DNA from: an uncultured Bacillota bacterium
GTDB taxonomy: Bacteria > Sysuimicrobiota > Sysuimicrobiia > Sysuimicrobiales > Segetimicrobiaceae
Assembly: GCA_963804645.1 (NCBI GenBank)
Contig: CAWDRG010000015.1
Location: 1-64,000 of the forward strand
Direction: 5' to 3'
DNA length: 64,000 nt
A program made the position numbers and the translations under genes. Below are positions 17,897 through 27,770 of this stretch, piece by piece (position 1 is the first letter of the stretch; every line of letters starts with the position of its first letter). The notes beneath the pieces were generated by a model. That model worked only from the letters and a program-made list of their open reading frames with translations, was not told the origin of the DNA and made no database searches.

Positions 17897-20182
17897 ATGG
17901 ATGTGACCCGCGCGCTCGCCGCGCTCAAGCGCGCTCCCCAGTACCGCGGCCAGATTGTGCACGAAGAGGCGTTCCCGGCCCGGGCGGCGCAGTTCGGGGA
18001 CCTTGCGCGTCCGCTGCCCGACGCGGTGGACACGGCGCTCCGGCGCCGCGGCGTGACCCGGTTGTATACGCACCAGGCGGACGCAGTCGGGGCCGTGCGG
18101 GCCGGTGAGTCAGTTATCGTCACCACCGGCACGGCCAGCGGCAAGACGCTGTGCTACGCGCTGCCCGTGCTCGAAGCGCTGACCGAGGATCCGACGGCGC
18201 GTGCGCTGTTTCTGTACCCTACCAAGGCGCTCGCGCGCGACCAGGCGGACGTCTTCGCCGAGTTCGATCTTCCACTGCGCATCGGCACGTACGACGGCGA
18301 TACCCCTCCGGACGCTCGGCGGCGGCTGCGGGCCGAGGGCCAGATCCTGCTCACCAATCCCGACATGCTGCACGTCGGCATCCTGCCGCAGCATTTCCGG
18401 TGGACGCCGTTTCTGCGTGCCCTGCGCTACGTGGTGCTCGACGACATGCACGTGTACCGGGGCGTGTTCGGCAGCCACGTCGCGCTGGTGCTGCGGCGCC
18501 TCCGGCGATTGTGCCGGCTGCGCGGGGTCGATCCTCAGTTCATCTGCACGTCCGCGACGATCGCGAACGCCGGCGAATTCGGCGCGCGCCTGACGGGGGT
18601 GCCGCTTCGCGTGATCGACAGCGACGGCGCGCCGCGCGGGCCGAAGCGGTTCGTCCTGTGGAATCCGCCCGTCACGGACCGGGCCCGCATGGGCCGCCGC
18701 AGCCCCTACACGGAGGCGAGCTGGCTCATGGCCGCGCTGCTGCGCCGTGAGATCCGCACGATCGCGTTCGCCAAGGCGCGGAAGATCACCGAGCTGATCT
18801 ATCGATACGTCGCGGACGCGCTTGCCGACGCGCCCGCGCTCGCCGGGCGGGTCCGTCCCTATCGCGCCGGCTACCTGCCGGCCGAGCGGCGCGAGATCGA
18901 ACGCCGGCTGTTCGACGGCGAGCTGATCGGCGTGGTCAGCACGAGCGCGCTTGAGCTTGGGATTGACGTCGGGGGGCTCGATGCCGCGGTACTGGTGGGC
19001 TACCCGGGGACGATGGCGAGCGTCTGGCAGCGCGCCGGACGCGCGGGCCGCGGCGAGGCCGAGTCGCTCGCCGTGTTGATCGCGCTCGAGGACGCGCTCG
19101 ACCAGTACCTGATGCGGGAGCCCGCGTATTTCTTCGGGCGGCCTGTCGAGCACGCGGCGGTGCAGCCCGACAATCCGTACGTCCTGGCCGCGCACCTTCG
19201 GTGCGCCGCCGCCGAGATCGCGCTGTGGCCCGGCGACGAGGCGCTGTTCGGCCCGCGGATGCGCGAGGTGGCCGGCGCCCTCGCGGCGCTCGGGGCACTC
19301 GTGCGTCGGGGCGAGCGCTGGCACGCGCCGTCCCGCACGTATCCGGCGCGGTCGGTGGATATCCGGTCGGCGTCGGGAGACCTCTACCGGATCGTGCACG
19401 GGCAGACGCGGAAGCTGCTCGGCACCGTGGACCAGGCGCGGGCGTTTGAACAGGTCCACGAGGGTGCCATCTACCTGCACCAGGGCGAGGCGTACCGGGT
19501 CGCGCGGCTCGACCTGCACGCGCGGGTCGCCACGGTGCTGCCGGACGACGGCGGGTATTACACGGAGGCGCGGGTCCTGACCGATTTGACGATCGAGGAC
19601 ACCCGTGAGACCCGCACGCTTGGCGCCGTCGACGCGCATCTCGGCGACGTCTGCGTCACCCATCAGGTCGTTGAGTACCGGCGGAAGCAGCTGCTGACCG
19701 ACACCGTGTTGGGCGTCGTGCCGCTCGAGATGCCGGAGGAAGAGCTGCGGACCGTGGCCCTGTGGATCGTCCTTCCGGACGACCTCGTGGCGGCGGTCGA
19801 GGCCGCCGGGCTCGATCTGGCCGGGGGCATCCACGCGATCGAGCACGCCGCGATCGGCCTCCTGCCGCTGCTCGCGATGTGCGACCGCTGGGATATCGGG
19901 GGCGTGAGCTACCCACACCATCCGGAGACCGAACGGGCGACGATCTTTATCTACGACGGCTATCCCGGGGGTGTCGGCGTGTCCGAGCAGGGGTTCCATC
20001 TGCTCGATGACCTGCTGGCCAAGACGCGGGATCTCATCGCCGCGTGCCCGTGCGGGGCGGGGTGTCCGTCGTGCGTGCAGTCCCCGAAGTGTGGCAACTT
20101 GAATACGCCGCTCGACAAGCGCGCGGCAGTATTTCTCCTCGAGCGGCTGCTCCGGGGTGCGGCCGCGGCGCGTGTGGTGTGA
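17897..20182 (+). CDS. SF2 helicase with C-terminal DUF1998 Zn domain (MrfA/YprA/Hrq1-like)
   Basis: TGTASGKT, LTNPDMLH, DDMH, SAT, ALELGID, QRAGRAGR, CPCGAGCPSC. Confidence 0.92.
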   Translation: MDVTRALAALKRAPQYRGQIVHEEAFPARAAQFGDLARPLPDAVDTALRRRGVTRLYTHQADAVGAVRAGESVIVTTGTASGKTLCYALPVLEALTEDPTARALFLYPTKALARDQADVFAEFDLPLRIGTYDGDTPPDARRRLRAEGQILLTNPDMLHVGILPQHFRWTPFLRALRYVVLDDMHVYRGVFGSHVALVLRRLRRLCRLRGVDPQFICTSATIANAGEFGARLTGVPLRVIDSDGAPRGPKRFVLWNPPVTDRARMGRRSPYTEASWLMAALLRREIRTIAFAKARKITELIYRYVADALADAPALAGRVRPYRAGYLPAERREIERRLFDGELIGVVSTSALELGIDVGGLDAAVLVGYPGTMASVWQRAGRAGRGEAESLAVLIALEDALDQYLMREPAYFFGRPVEHAAVQPDNPYVLAAHLRCAAAEIALWPGDEALFGPRMREVAGALAALGALVRRGERWHAPSRTYPARSVDIRSASGDLYRIVHGQTRKLLGTVDQARAFEQVHEGAIYLHQGEAYRVARLDLHARVATVLPDDGGYYTEARVLTDLTIEDTRETRTLGAVDAHLGDVCVTHQVVEYRRKQLLTDTVLGVVPLEMPEEELRTVALWIVLPDDLVAAVEAAGLDLAGGIHAIEHAAIGLLPLLAMCDRWDIGGVSYPHHPETERATIFIYDGYPGGVGVSEQGFHLLDDLLAKTRDLIAACPCGAGCPSCVQSPKCGNLNTPLDKRAAVFLLERLLRGAAAARVV

Positions 20183-20229
20183 CGAGGCGGGGCGCCATGC
20201 TCCGTCGTCGGCGGCGTAGCGGGTAGTCG

Positions 20230-21462
20230 ATGCACGCGGTGGTGATCGCCGACGACCTGACCGGCGCGAACGTCATCGCCGCTCACCTGGTCAGCGAGGG
20301 GTGGCGGGCACGCGTGGTCACGCTGGCCGGGCAGGCCGCAGGCCCTGGGATCGAGGACGCGTTGGTCCTTAACGTGCATTCCCGCTTGCTGTCGGGGGCG
20401 CAGGCCTATACTCGAGTGCGCGAGACCATCGAACGATTGGGGGATCTCGGCGGGCGCCTCCTGGTCAAGCGCGTGGACAGCACCGCGCGGGGCAATCTCG
20501 GCGGCGAGATCGACGCCGCGATCGATGCATCCCGGCGCCGCTTGTGCTGGGCGGTCTTCGCCGATCCGATCAACGGAAAACAGATCATCGACGGGCGGCT
20601 CCTCATCCATGGCGTGCCTGTCGATCGTATCCCCATCGCGCACGATCGGGCGGCGCCGCTCCAGACGGCGGCCGTGGGTGAGCTGATCGGCGCCCAAAGC
20701 CGCCGCCGTCTCGTGCCGGTGCCGCTGTGGGTGCTGCGATCCGGGCGGCAGGAGGCGCTGTCGTACGTCCGTGACATCGGCGATGGACCCGCGATTCTGG
20801 TGTGTGATTGCGCGACCGTGGACGACCTGGGGAGGCTTGCCGACGTCGCTGTGGACCTGGGCGAGCCTGTGCTGGCGGCGGACCCAGGGCCGTTTACCGC
20901 CAAACTCGCCGTCCGGTTGTCACCCGTACCCCGACCGCCGGTATTTCTGGCGTGCGGGAGCATTCAGGCGAACGTCCTCAGTCAACTTGAGGAGATTCGA
21001 AAGGTTCCCGGCGTTCAGCTCTTGGAACTCGCCCCGGGAGTTGCGCGAGACCCCGCGTTTCACGCCACCCTGCAGCGGTGGGTCGAGGCGGCAACCGCAC
21101 CCCCTCCGCCTGCCGTCATTGGCGTGTTCTCGAGTTTCGATCGCGTTCCGCAGGGCGCCGATGAGGATCGAGTGATCGCGGATCTGGCGGCGATCGCGGC
21201 GCTGGTGCTGGAGCAGTTGCCGCAGGCGCCGGCCGGACTTGTGCTCACCGGCGGGCAGACCGCGGCCGCAGTCTGTGCCGCCATCGGTATTACAGAGATG
21301 ACGGTCGTCGGCAGCATTTTGCCGTACACGGTTGCCAGCATTGTTGGAGGAGGCCGGTGGAGCGGGTTGCCCCTCGTCACGAAGGGCGGCCTGATCGGCG
21401 ACCATACCGCGTTGGTGCGTTCGGTCGACTACGTTCGCACGCATTGGAATCGTCTACTGTAG
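20230..21462 (+). CDS. Four-carbon acid sugar kinase family protein (DUF1537)
   Basis: IADDLTGAN, KRVDSTARGN, TGGQTA, VTKGG. Confidence 0.85.
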   Translation: MHAVVIADDLTGANVIAAHLVSEGWRARVVTLAGQAAGPGIEDALVLNVHSRLLSGAQAYTRVRETIERLGDLGGRLLVKRVDSTARGNLGGEIDAAIDASRRRLCWAVFADPINGKQIIDGRLLIHGVPVDRIPIAHDRAAPLQTAAVGELIGAQSRRRLVPVPLWVLRSGRQEALSYVRDIGDGPAILVCDCATVDDLGRLADVAVDLGEPVLAADPGPFTAKLAVRLSPVPRPPVFLACGSIQANVLSQLEEIRKVPGVQLLELAPGVARDPAFHATLQRWVEAATAPPPPAVIGVFSSFDRVPQGADEDRVIADLAAIAALVLEQLPQAPAGLVLTGGQTAAAVCAAIGITEMTVVGSILPYTVASIVGGGRWSGLPLVTKGGLIGDHTALVRSVDYVRTHWNRLL

Positions 21463-21663
21463 CGAGCGGCGCCCTGCGTGAACGCGCCGTCCGTGGCTGG
21501 AGAGGTGAGGGGAGCTGTCTATCACATCCGTATGGGATCGATGGATGGCCGGCGAGGCAGAGACGAAAGCGACGGCAGGGCACCGTCGTCAGTTTCGCCC
21601 TGATCCAGCGCGCCACCCCCACGGTGTGTGTGTTCCCCGGAACACGCGTACGGCGCGCGTGGC

Positions 21664-22881
21664 ATGACGACGCGCGGCGTCAAACTCCGCGCGACACTGC
21701 CCCATCCGCCGTCGCGGTTGCTCCCGGCGCTGACCATCGCGATCCCGATGACCATCTTCGGGGTCGCGGCGCTCAGCATCCCGCTGGCGCTGGCCGCCAA
21801 CTTGGGGTTGTCGGCCGCGGCGACCGCGTCGTCGATCGCCGCACTCTACGGGCTGTCGGCGCTCGTGAGTGCGGGCTTGGCCCTGGTGTGCCGCCAGCCG
21901 CTGCTAGTCGCATACAACGTGGCAGCCATGGCGGTCGTTGGCACGCTCGCCGGACACGCGAGCTACGCCGAGCTGCGCGGCGCGGTTCTTGTCGCGGGCG
22001 TCCTGGTCGTGCTGTTCGGCTGGCTCGGGCTGAGCGAGCGGCTGTCGCACTGGCTGCCGACGCCGATCATTATGGCCGTGGTGGCCGGAGCCGTGCTCCC
22101 CTTCGTCACCGGGATCTTCACGGCGTGGCCCGATGCGCCGCTCGCGATCGGCGGTGCCTTCGCCGCCTACATCCTGGGCCGGCGGTTCCTTCCGCTCAAA
22201 GCCACCGCCGCGCTTCCGGCCATGATCGTGGGTGTCCTGGGCGCCGCCGCAAGTGGGAAGCTTCATCTCTCGGCGCTGCACTGGGCGCCGCCCGTGCTGT
22301 CCTTTGCGCCGCCCGCATTTTCATGGACCGCGACGATCGCGGTGGCCCCGGTCGTCGCGATTCTGCTCACGGTCACAAGCAACGTGGTGTCCGTCGTCTA
22401 CGTGCGGGGGCAGGGCTACCGGCCTTCGCTGAGGCTCATCGACGCCGCGACGGGGGCCGCGACGATCGCGGGTTCGTGGTTCGGGCTGACGCCGATGTGC
22501 ATGGCGGCGTTTCTCGTGGCTCCCACGGCCGGTCCGGAGGCGGGCGAGCGCGAGGTGCGGCACTGGTCGGTGTATTTCACTTCGGTCGGGCTCGCGCTGA
22601 CCGCGGTGCTGAGCGGCGCTGCGGCGGTCTTGCTCGGAATCGTGCCGGGAGTGTTGCTGCTGGCGCTGGCGGGGCTGGTCCTCGCTGCCGTGCTGTTGAG
22701 CACGCTCGCGGATGCCCTGCGGGGTCCCCTGACGTGGGGCCCGCTCGTGACGTTCGCGGCCGCCGCGTCCAAGATGTCCTACCTCGGATTCGGACCGTTG
22801 TTCTGGGGGCTGGTGCTCGGGACGGTGACATCCCTGATTCTCGAGCGGCGGGAACTCGCGGCGTTGCGCGCGGCGAGTTAA
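21664..22881 (+). CDS. Benzoate/H+ symporter BenE family transporter
   Basis: Polytopic membrane protein; RQPLL, LPTPIIMAVVAG, ALAGL, FWGLVLG resemble BenE. Confidence 0.78.
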   Translation: MTTRGVKLRATLPHPPSRLLPALTIAIPMTIFGVAALSIPLALAANLGLSAAATASSIAALYGLSALVSAGLALVCRQPLLVAYNVAAMAVVGTLAGHASYAELRGAVLVAGVLVVLFGWLGLSERLSHWLPTPIIMAVVAGAVLPFVTGIFTAWPDAPLAIGGAFAAYILGRRFLPLKATAALPAMIVGVLGAAASGKLHLSALHWAPPVLSFAPPAFSWTATIAVAPVVAILLTVTSNVVSVVYVRGQGYRPSLRLIDAATGAATIAGSWFGLTPMCMAAFLVAPTAGPEAGEREVRHWSVYFTSVGLALTAVLSGAAAVLLGIVPGVLLLALAGLVLAAVLLSTLADALRGPLTWGPLVTFAAAASKMSYLGFGPLFWGLVLGTVTSLILERRELAALRAAS

Positions 22882-23140
22882 CCCCCGACGTCGAGCGCTT
22901 CCTCCGGGTCGACGCACCGTCTTATCGGACTCCTCCGGCTCGCTCGACCGTGAGACGTCACACCGTCCGGTTCGTCTCCGCTGATAGCAGTCGGTCGCAC
23001 GATGAGTCTGACGGTCCCGGTTGAGCCGCCGGTCTGTCAGGTCTTGCCCCTGCGGTTCCCGGGCACAACGTGGTATGGACCCCCGGGTCGCCCGATGGCT
23101 CTAGTGCCGCGCGGACACCGCACAGACACGGAGGATAGGA

Positions 23141-23998
23141 ATGGAACACCGCGTGTTCGGCCCCACGAAGCGCAAGGTCTCTGTGCTCGGACAGGGCACC
23201 TGGCACCTCGAGCGTGCGGACCGGGGCACCGCGATCGCGGCGCTGCGCCGCGGACTCGATCGGGGCATGACGCACATCGACACCGGGGAGATGTACGGGG
23301 AAGGGTTCGCCGAGGAGATGGTCGGGCGCGCGATTGCCGGCCGGCGCGACGACGTCTTTCTCGTGTCGAAGATTCTGCCCCAGCACGCGTCCCGGAGCGG
23401 AACCATCGCCGCCTGCGAACGCTCGCTCGGCCGCCTCAATACCGACCGGCTGGACCTGTATCTGCTGAACTGGCGCGATACCGTCCGGCTCGAGGAAACG
23501 ATCGCGGGATTCGACCACCTCAAGCGGGAGGGCAAGATCCTCGCCTGGGGTGTGAGTAACTTCGACGTGCCCGATCTCGAGGCGGTCCGGTATATCGCCG
23601 GCGACGGCCAGCTCGCGTGCAATCAGGTGCTCTACAACTTGGCGGAGCGCGGGATCGAGCACCTCGTGATCCCGTGGTGCGAGCGCTACGGCGTCGCCGT
23701 GGTCGCCTACAGCGCCCTGCACCACGGGCGGTTTCCGGAGCCCCGATCGCCCGGAGGCCGGGTGCTGCAGCAGATCGCCGCCGCACACCGCGCGACGTCC
23801 CGGCAGGTCGCGCTGCGGTTCTTGGTGCGGCACCCGTCGGTGTTTGCGATTCCCAAGGCGTCGACGCCCGAGCACACGAACGAGAACGCCGGGGCCGGCT
23901 TGCTGCAGCTCACCGAGGCGGACATTGCGCGGATCGAGGACGCGTTTCCGCTGGGGTCGCTGCAATCCGAGCTGGCCATGGCCCGGATCTTGGCGTAA
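23141..23998 (+). CDS. Aldo/keto reductase
   Basis: LGQGTW, IDTGEMYG, LVSK, WGVSNF, NQVLYNL, AIPKAS. Confidence 0.92.
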   Translation: MEHRVFGPTKRKVSVLGQGTWHLERADRGTAIAALRRGLDRGMTHIDTGEMYGEGFAEEMVGRAIAGRRDDVFLVSKILPQHASRSGTIAACERSLGRLNTDRLDLYLLNWRDTVRLEETIAGFDHLKREGKILAWGVSNFDVPDLEAVRYIAGDGQLACNQVLYNLAERGIEHLVIPWCERYGVAVVAYSALHHGRFPEPRSPGGRVLQQIAAAHRATSRQVALRFLVRHPSVFAIPKASTPEHTNENAGAGLLQLTEADIARIEDAFPLGSLQSELAMARILA

Positions 23999-24014
23999 CG
24001 GCCGCGGGACCGGG

Positions 24015-26477
24015 TTACCCGGCGGGCGGTCCCGCTCGCAGCGCGTCGAGATTGAAGTGCAGCCGGTCGCCGAGCCGCCAGAACTCGCCGATCGGGTCCG
24101 GCCCCCCCGCAGTCCCGTTCCCCACTATGTCCGTAGGCGCTCGGAGAGACTCGTGGTGCTCGCCGGCCGCGGCCTGGTAGAGGTTCTGGACCGCCCAGAG
24201 GTTTGGAGTGACGCCGAGCGCGTCCGCCAGATCGAGAAGGCGGTGGATCTCCGCGAGCGCCGGACCGAGCGGCGTTCGCCGTAACTGGTCCGCGTGCGCG
24301 ACGAGCGCCTCGCGGAGCAGCGGCTCCGCGTCGCCCCAGTCATGCGCGTGCCCGAGCGCGTCGAGATCGGCGGCGAGGTCGAACGCCTCGGCGCCGAGCG
24401 GAGCGGCGACGGCCCGGCGCAGGTCGTGCGCGAGCGTCCGCGTCAGCGTGTACTGCGCCGCCATCAGGAACGCCGGGGGGATCGGGATATCGGACTCGCG
24501 CATGAACGCGAGCAGGGGCCGCGACTCCTCGTACAGCTGCCGGTAGACACCCTCGAATTTTTCGAGGCGCTCCTCGGTGAGGAGTCCCAAGATCTTGCGC
24601 CGCTCTTCGACGAACAGGTCGGTCAGGCTGAACAGCGTGCTGTTGAACCGGTCGTCGAGCAACCGCAGCGCGGCGCTCACGCCCCGGGCGAGAAACGCGT
24701 CCGCGAGCTGGGCGTCCATGGCCTCGTACCATTCCGGCGTTGCGCCCTCGCGGACGCCGCACTGCAGGTCGTGGCCGCCCAGGTGCAGGACCGCGTACGC
24801 CGCGTCCGCGGTGTCGCCGGTGACGTTGGACGTCACGCGGACCAGGCCGACGGCGAGCGCGTGCCCCGCGGCCGTGTGCCTGTGCGCGTCGTGCCGGTCG
24901 ACCGTGTAGCTGAACAGACGGGTGCGCTCCTCGTAGGATTCGAACAGCGAGCTCATGCCGTAGTGAGCGACGACCCGCGGCAGCGTGACGATCGACGGGC
25001 GCACCACCCGCCGGTACACGTGCGCGCCGTCGCGCTGCGGCCGGACGTTGCTCCGCGCCGCGGCGAGCCGGCGGACGAACCCCGGTTCCAGGCGCGCCCC
25101 GGCGCGCTCCGCGAGCTGCAGGGCCCGGGCCGCGTACTTGATCACCTGCACCGTCTCGATGCCCGAGAGCTCGTCGAAGAACCACCCACAGGACGTGTAC
25201 ATCAGCATCGCGTGCCGTTGCATCTCCAGCATCTCGAGCGCGCGCCGCCGCCCCTCGTCGTCGAGCCCGGGGCGGGCGTGCGCGGCGAAGAACGCCGCGG
25301 CGGCCTCCGGCGTGCGCTCCAGCACGACGCCGATGTAGGCGTCGCGGGCCGCCCACGGGTCCCGGAACCAGCGTCCGCCCACGCGCTCGTAGACTTCGGC
25401 CCCCTCGTCGCGGAGCCAATCGATCGCGTCCCGCAGCGGCGCCCGCCAGGCTTGCGTCCATCCGGGATGGCCGGCCCGGCACCCGCAGTTGCTGCGCCAC
25501 CGCTCGACCCCGTGCACGCAGGACCAGCTCGTCCGTTCCACGATCTCGACCTCGTATGTCGGCGGATAGCGGGCCAGATACTCCCCGTAGTTGGTCAGGC
25601 GGCCTAGTTTGCGCTTCTCCACCATTCCGAGCGCGGCGGCGAGCGCCATCTCCCCGAACCGGTGGTGGTGGCCGTACGACTCGCCGTCGGTCGCGACGTG
25701 GACGAGCTGCGCGTCCGGGCGGTCGGCGAACCCCTGGGCGAGCCGGTGCGCGAACCCCTCGCCGCTGCTCAGGAGGCCTTCGAACGCGACCGAGTGCGAG
25801 ATCGGGCCGTCGTAGAAGAACAGCGCGATCGTGCGTCCGCTCGGCAGCCGGCACACGTAGGGCCGTTTCGGATCCATGCGCCCGCCCGACACGTCGATCC
25901 ACTCGTCGGCGCCGAGCGGCCGCACGCGGGCCGCCTGGTGCGGCGCGAGGATCGTAAACGCGATGCCGGCCGCGGCCAGCTCCTCGAGCGTGGCCGTGTC
26001 CACCGCGGTCTCGGGCAGCCACATCCCCTCGGGATCCCGGCCGAACCGGTGGCGAAAGTCCGCCACGCCCCAGAGGACCTGGGTGCGCCGGTCGCGCGGT
26101 GAGGCGAGCGGCATGATCATGTGGTTGTAGGCTTGGGCGATCGCGTTGCCGTGACCCCCGCATCGGGCGCGGCTCTCCCGGTCCGCATCGAGGATGCGCG
26201 CGTACGCTCCCGGCGCGGCGCGCTCCATCCACGCGAACAGCGTCGGGCCGATGTTGAAGCTGATCCGCGCGTAGTTGTTCGTGATGGCGAGGATGCGGCG
26301 GTCCGCGTCGAGCAGTCTCGCGGCACCGTTCGGCGCGTAGCACTCGGCGGTGATCCGGTCGTTCCAGTCGTGGTAGGGACTGGCCGAGTCCTGGATCTCG
26401 ATCGCCTCGAGCCACGGGCTCTCGCGCGGCGGCTGATAAAAATGGCCGTGGACGCAGATCCACCGGTCGGTCATCAT
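24015..26477 (-). CDS. GH57 family glycoside hydrolase with DUF3536
   Basis: HGHFYQPPRE, HDWNDRI, GMWLPET, ATDGESYGHH, WSCVHGVERW, MYTSCGWFF. Confidence 0.9.
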   Translation of the reverse strand: MMTDRWICVHGHFYQPPRESPWLEAIEIQDSASPYHDWNDRITAECYAPNGAARLLDADRRILAITNNYARISFNIGPTLFAWMERAAPGAYARILDADRESRARCGGHGNAIAQAYNHMIMPLASPRDRRTQVLWGVADFRHRFGRDPEGMWLPETAVDTATLEELAAAGIAFTILAPHQAARVRPLGADEWIDVSGGRMDPKRPYVCRLPSGRTIALFFYDGPISHSVAFEGLLSSGEGFAHRLAQGFADRPDAQLVHVATDGESYGHHHRFGEMALAAALGMVEKRKLGRLTNYGEYLARYPPTYEVEIVERTSWSCVHGVERWRSNCGCRAGHPGWTQAWRAPLRDAIDWLRDEGAEVYERVGGRWFRDPWAARDAYIGVVLERTPEAAAAFFAAHARPGLDDEGRRRALEMLEMQRHAMLMYTSCGWFFDELSGIETVQVIKYAARALQLAERAGARLEPGFVRRLAAARSNVRPQRDGAHVYRRVVRPSIVTLPRVVAHYGMSSLFESYEERTRLFSYTVDRHDAHRHTAAGHALAVGLVRVTSNVTGDTADAAYAVLHLGGHDLQCGVREGATPEWYEAMDAQLADAFLARGVSAALRLLDDRFNSTLFSLTDLFVEERRKILGLLTEERLEKFEGVYRQLYEESRPLLAFMRESDIPIPPAFLMAAQYTLTRTLAHDLRRAVAAPLGAEAFDLAADLDALGHAHDWGDAEPLLREALVAHADQLRRTPLGPALAEIHRLLDLADALGVTPNLWAVQNLYQAAAGEHHESLRAPTDIVGNGTAGGPDPIGEFWRLGDRLHFNLDALRAGPPAG

Positions 26478-26500
26478 CTCGTCGAGGGACCCGGACGGCG

Positions 26501-27766
26501 TCAGCGGCGAACGGGCAGGCTGCCCAGGGCGCGCGTGGCGCCGCGGCCGATGACGACGATGCCCGAAGGATCCAGGATGCCGGGCAGCGCGTCCGCCGCC
26601 GAGTCGCCGCCGATCACAGCGTTCGGGTCGACCGTGTTGAACCGGTCGATGATCGCCCGCCGGATCCGCGCGTTGCGGCCTACCGTCGTATTGTCCATCA
26701 CGATGCTGTCCTCGATCACCGCGCCCGGCTCCACGAGCACGCCCTGGCGGAGGATCGAGCGGCGGATCGTCCCGCCGCGGATCAACGTCCCTTCGCCGAG
26801 CAGCGAATCCTCGATCTCCCCCGACACGATGCGGGCCGACGGACCGGCGTACGGGGACGCCAGGATGGGCCAGTGCGGATTGGTGAGGTCGAGCGCGGGC
26901 GTCTCGCCGAGCAGGTCCATGTTCGCGCGCCAGTAGGCCTCGATCGTCCCCACGTCCCGCCAGTACCCGCGTTCCTCCGTCGGCCGCAGCCCCGGAATCT
27001 CGTTCTGTAGAAAGTCGTAGGCGTAGGCGCGCGCGTACGGATACAGCTCCGGAATGATCGTGCGGCCGAAGTCGTGATCCGTGCTGCGGCGCGAGTCCTC
27101 GACCAGCACCTCCTCGAGGACCTCGCTGGAAAAGATGTAGTTGCCCATCGAGGACAGCGCCCGTCCCGGGTCTCCCACCATCGGCCGCGGCTGCGCCGGC
27201 TTCTCTTCCCACCCCACGATCCGGCCCTCCGCGTCGGCGTCGATGATGCCGAACCCCGACGCCGTCTCGATCGGGACCGGCAGCGCGGCGACGGTGACAT
27301 CGGCGCGGCGGGCGAGATGGGCGTCCACCATCTGCTCGAGGTTGATCCGGTACACGTGATCCGCCCCGAAGATCGCCACGAGATCGGGGTTGGCGTCGCG
27401 GATCAGATTCAGGTTTTGGAACACGGCGTCGGCCGTGCCACGGTACCACGACTCGCCCCACCGCATTTGGGGCGGCACGGTCACGATAAAGTGCTCGTCG
27501 AGGAGCGCGCTCATCCGCCAGCCGCGGCGGATGTGGTCGATCAGGGACTGCGACTTGTACTGCACGAGGATGTACATTGAAAAGATCCGGGAGTTGACGA
27601 AGTTGCTGAGGACGAAGTCCACGATCCGGTACTTGCTGCCGAACGGCACCGCGGGCTTGCTGCGGTCCTGGGTCAGCGGGTGCAGGCGCTCGCCCCTGCC
27701 GCCGGCGAGGATCAGCCCGAGGACGCGGGGCCGGGTCAAGGTACCCCCGCCGGGCCGTGCGTCCAC
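26501..27766 (-). CDS. glgC: Glucose-1-phosphate adenylyltransferase
   Basis: LAGGRGERL.PLT..RSKPAVPFG, WYRGTADA, EEKP, SMGNY, YWRDVGT. Confidence 0.95.
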   Translation of the reverse strand: MDARPGGGTLTRPRVLGLILAGGRGERLHPLTQDRSKPAVPFGSKYRIVDFVLSNFVNSRIFSMYILVQYKSQSLIDHIRRGWRMSALLDEHFIVTVPPQMRWGESWYRGTADAVFQNLNLIRDANPDLVAIFGADHVYRINLEQMVDAHLARRADVTVAALPVPIETASGFGIIDADAEGRIVGWEEKPAQPRPMVGDPGRALSSMGNYIFSSEVLEEVLVEDSRRSTDHDFGRTIIPELYPYARAYAYDFLQNEIPGLRPTEERGYWRDVGTIEAYWRANMDLLGETPALDLTNPHWPILASPYAGPSARIVSGEIEDSLLGEGTLIRGGTIRRSILRQGVLVEPGAVIEDSIVMDNTTVGRNARIRRAIIDRFNTVDPNAVIGGDSAADALPGILDPSGIVVIGRGATRALGSLPVRR

Positions 27767-27770
27767 GCGG

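Noticed and set aside
24015..27461. 1148-aa ORF suggesting a long N-terminal fusion to the GH57 protein
   Set aside because: The first ~328 codons are an Arg/Gly-rich alternate frame over glgC; the real start is about 26477
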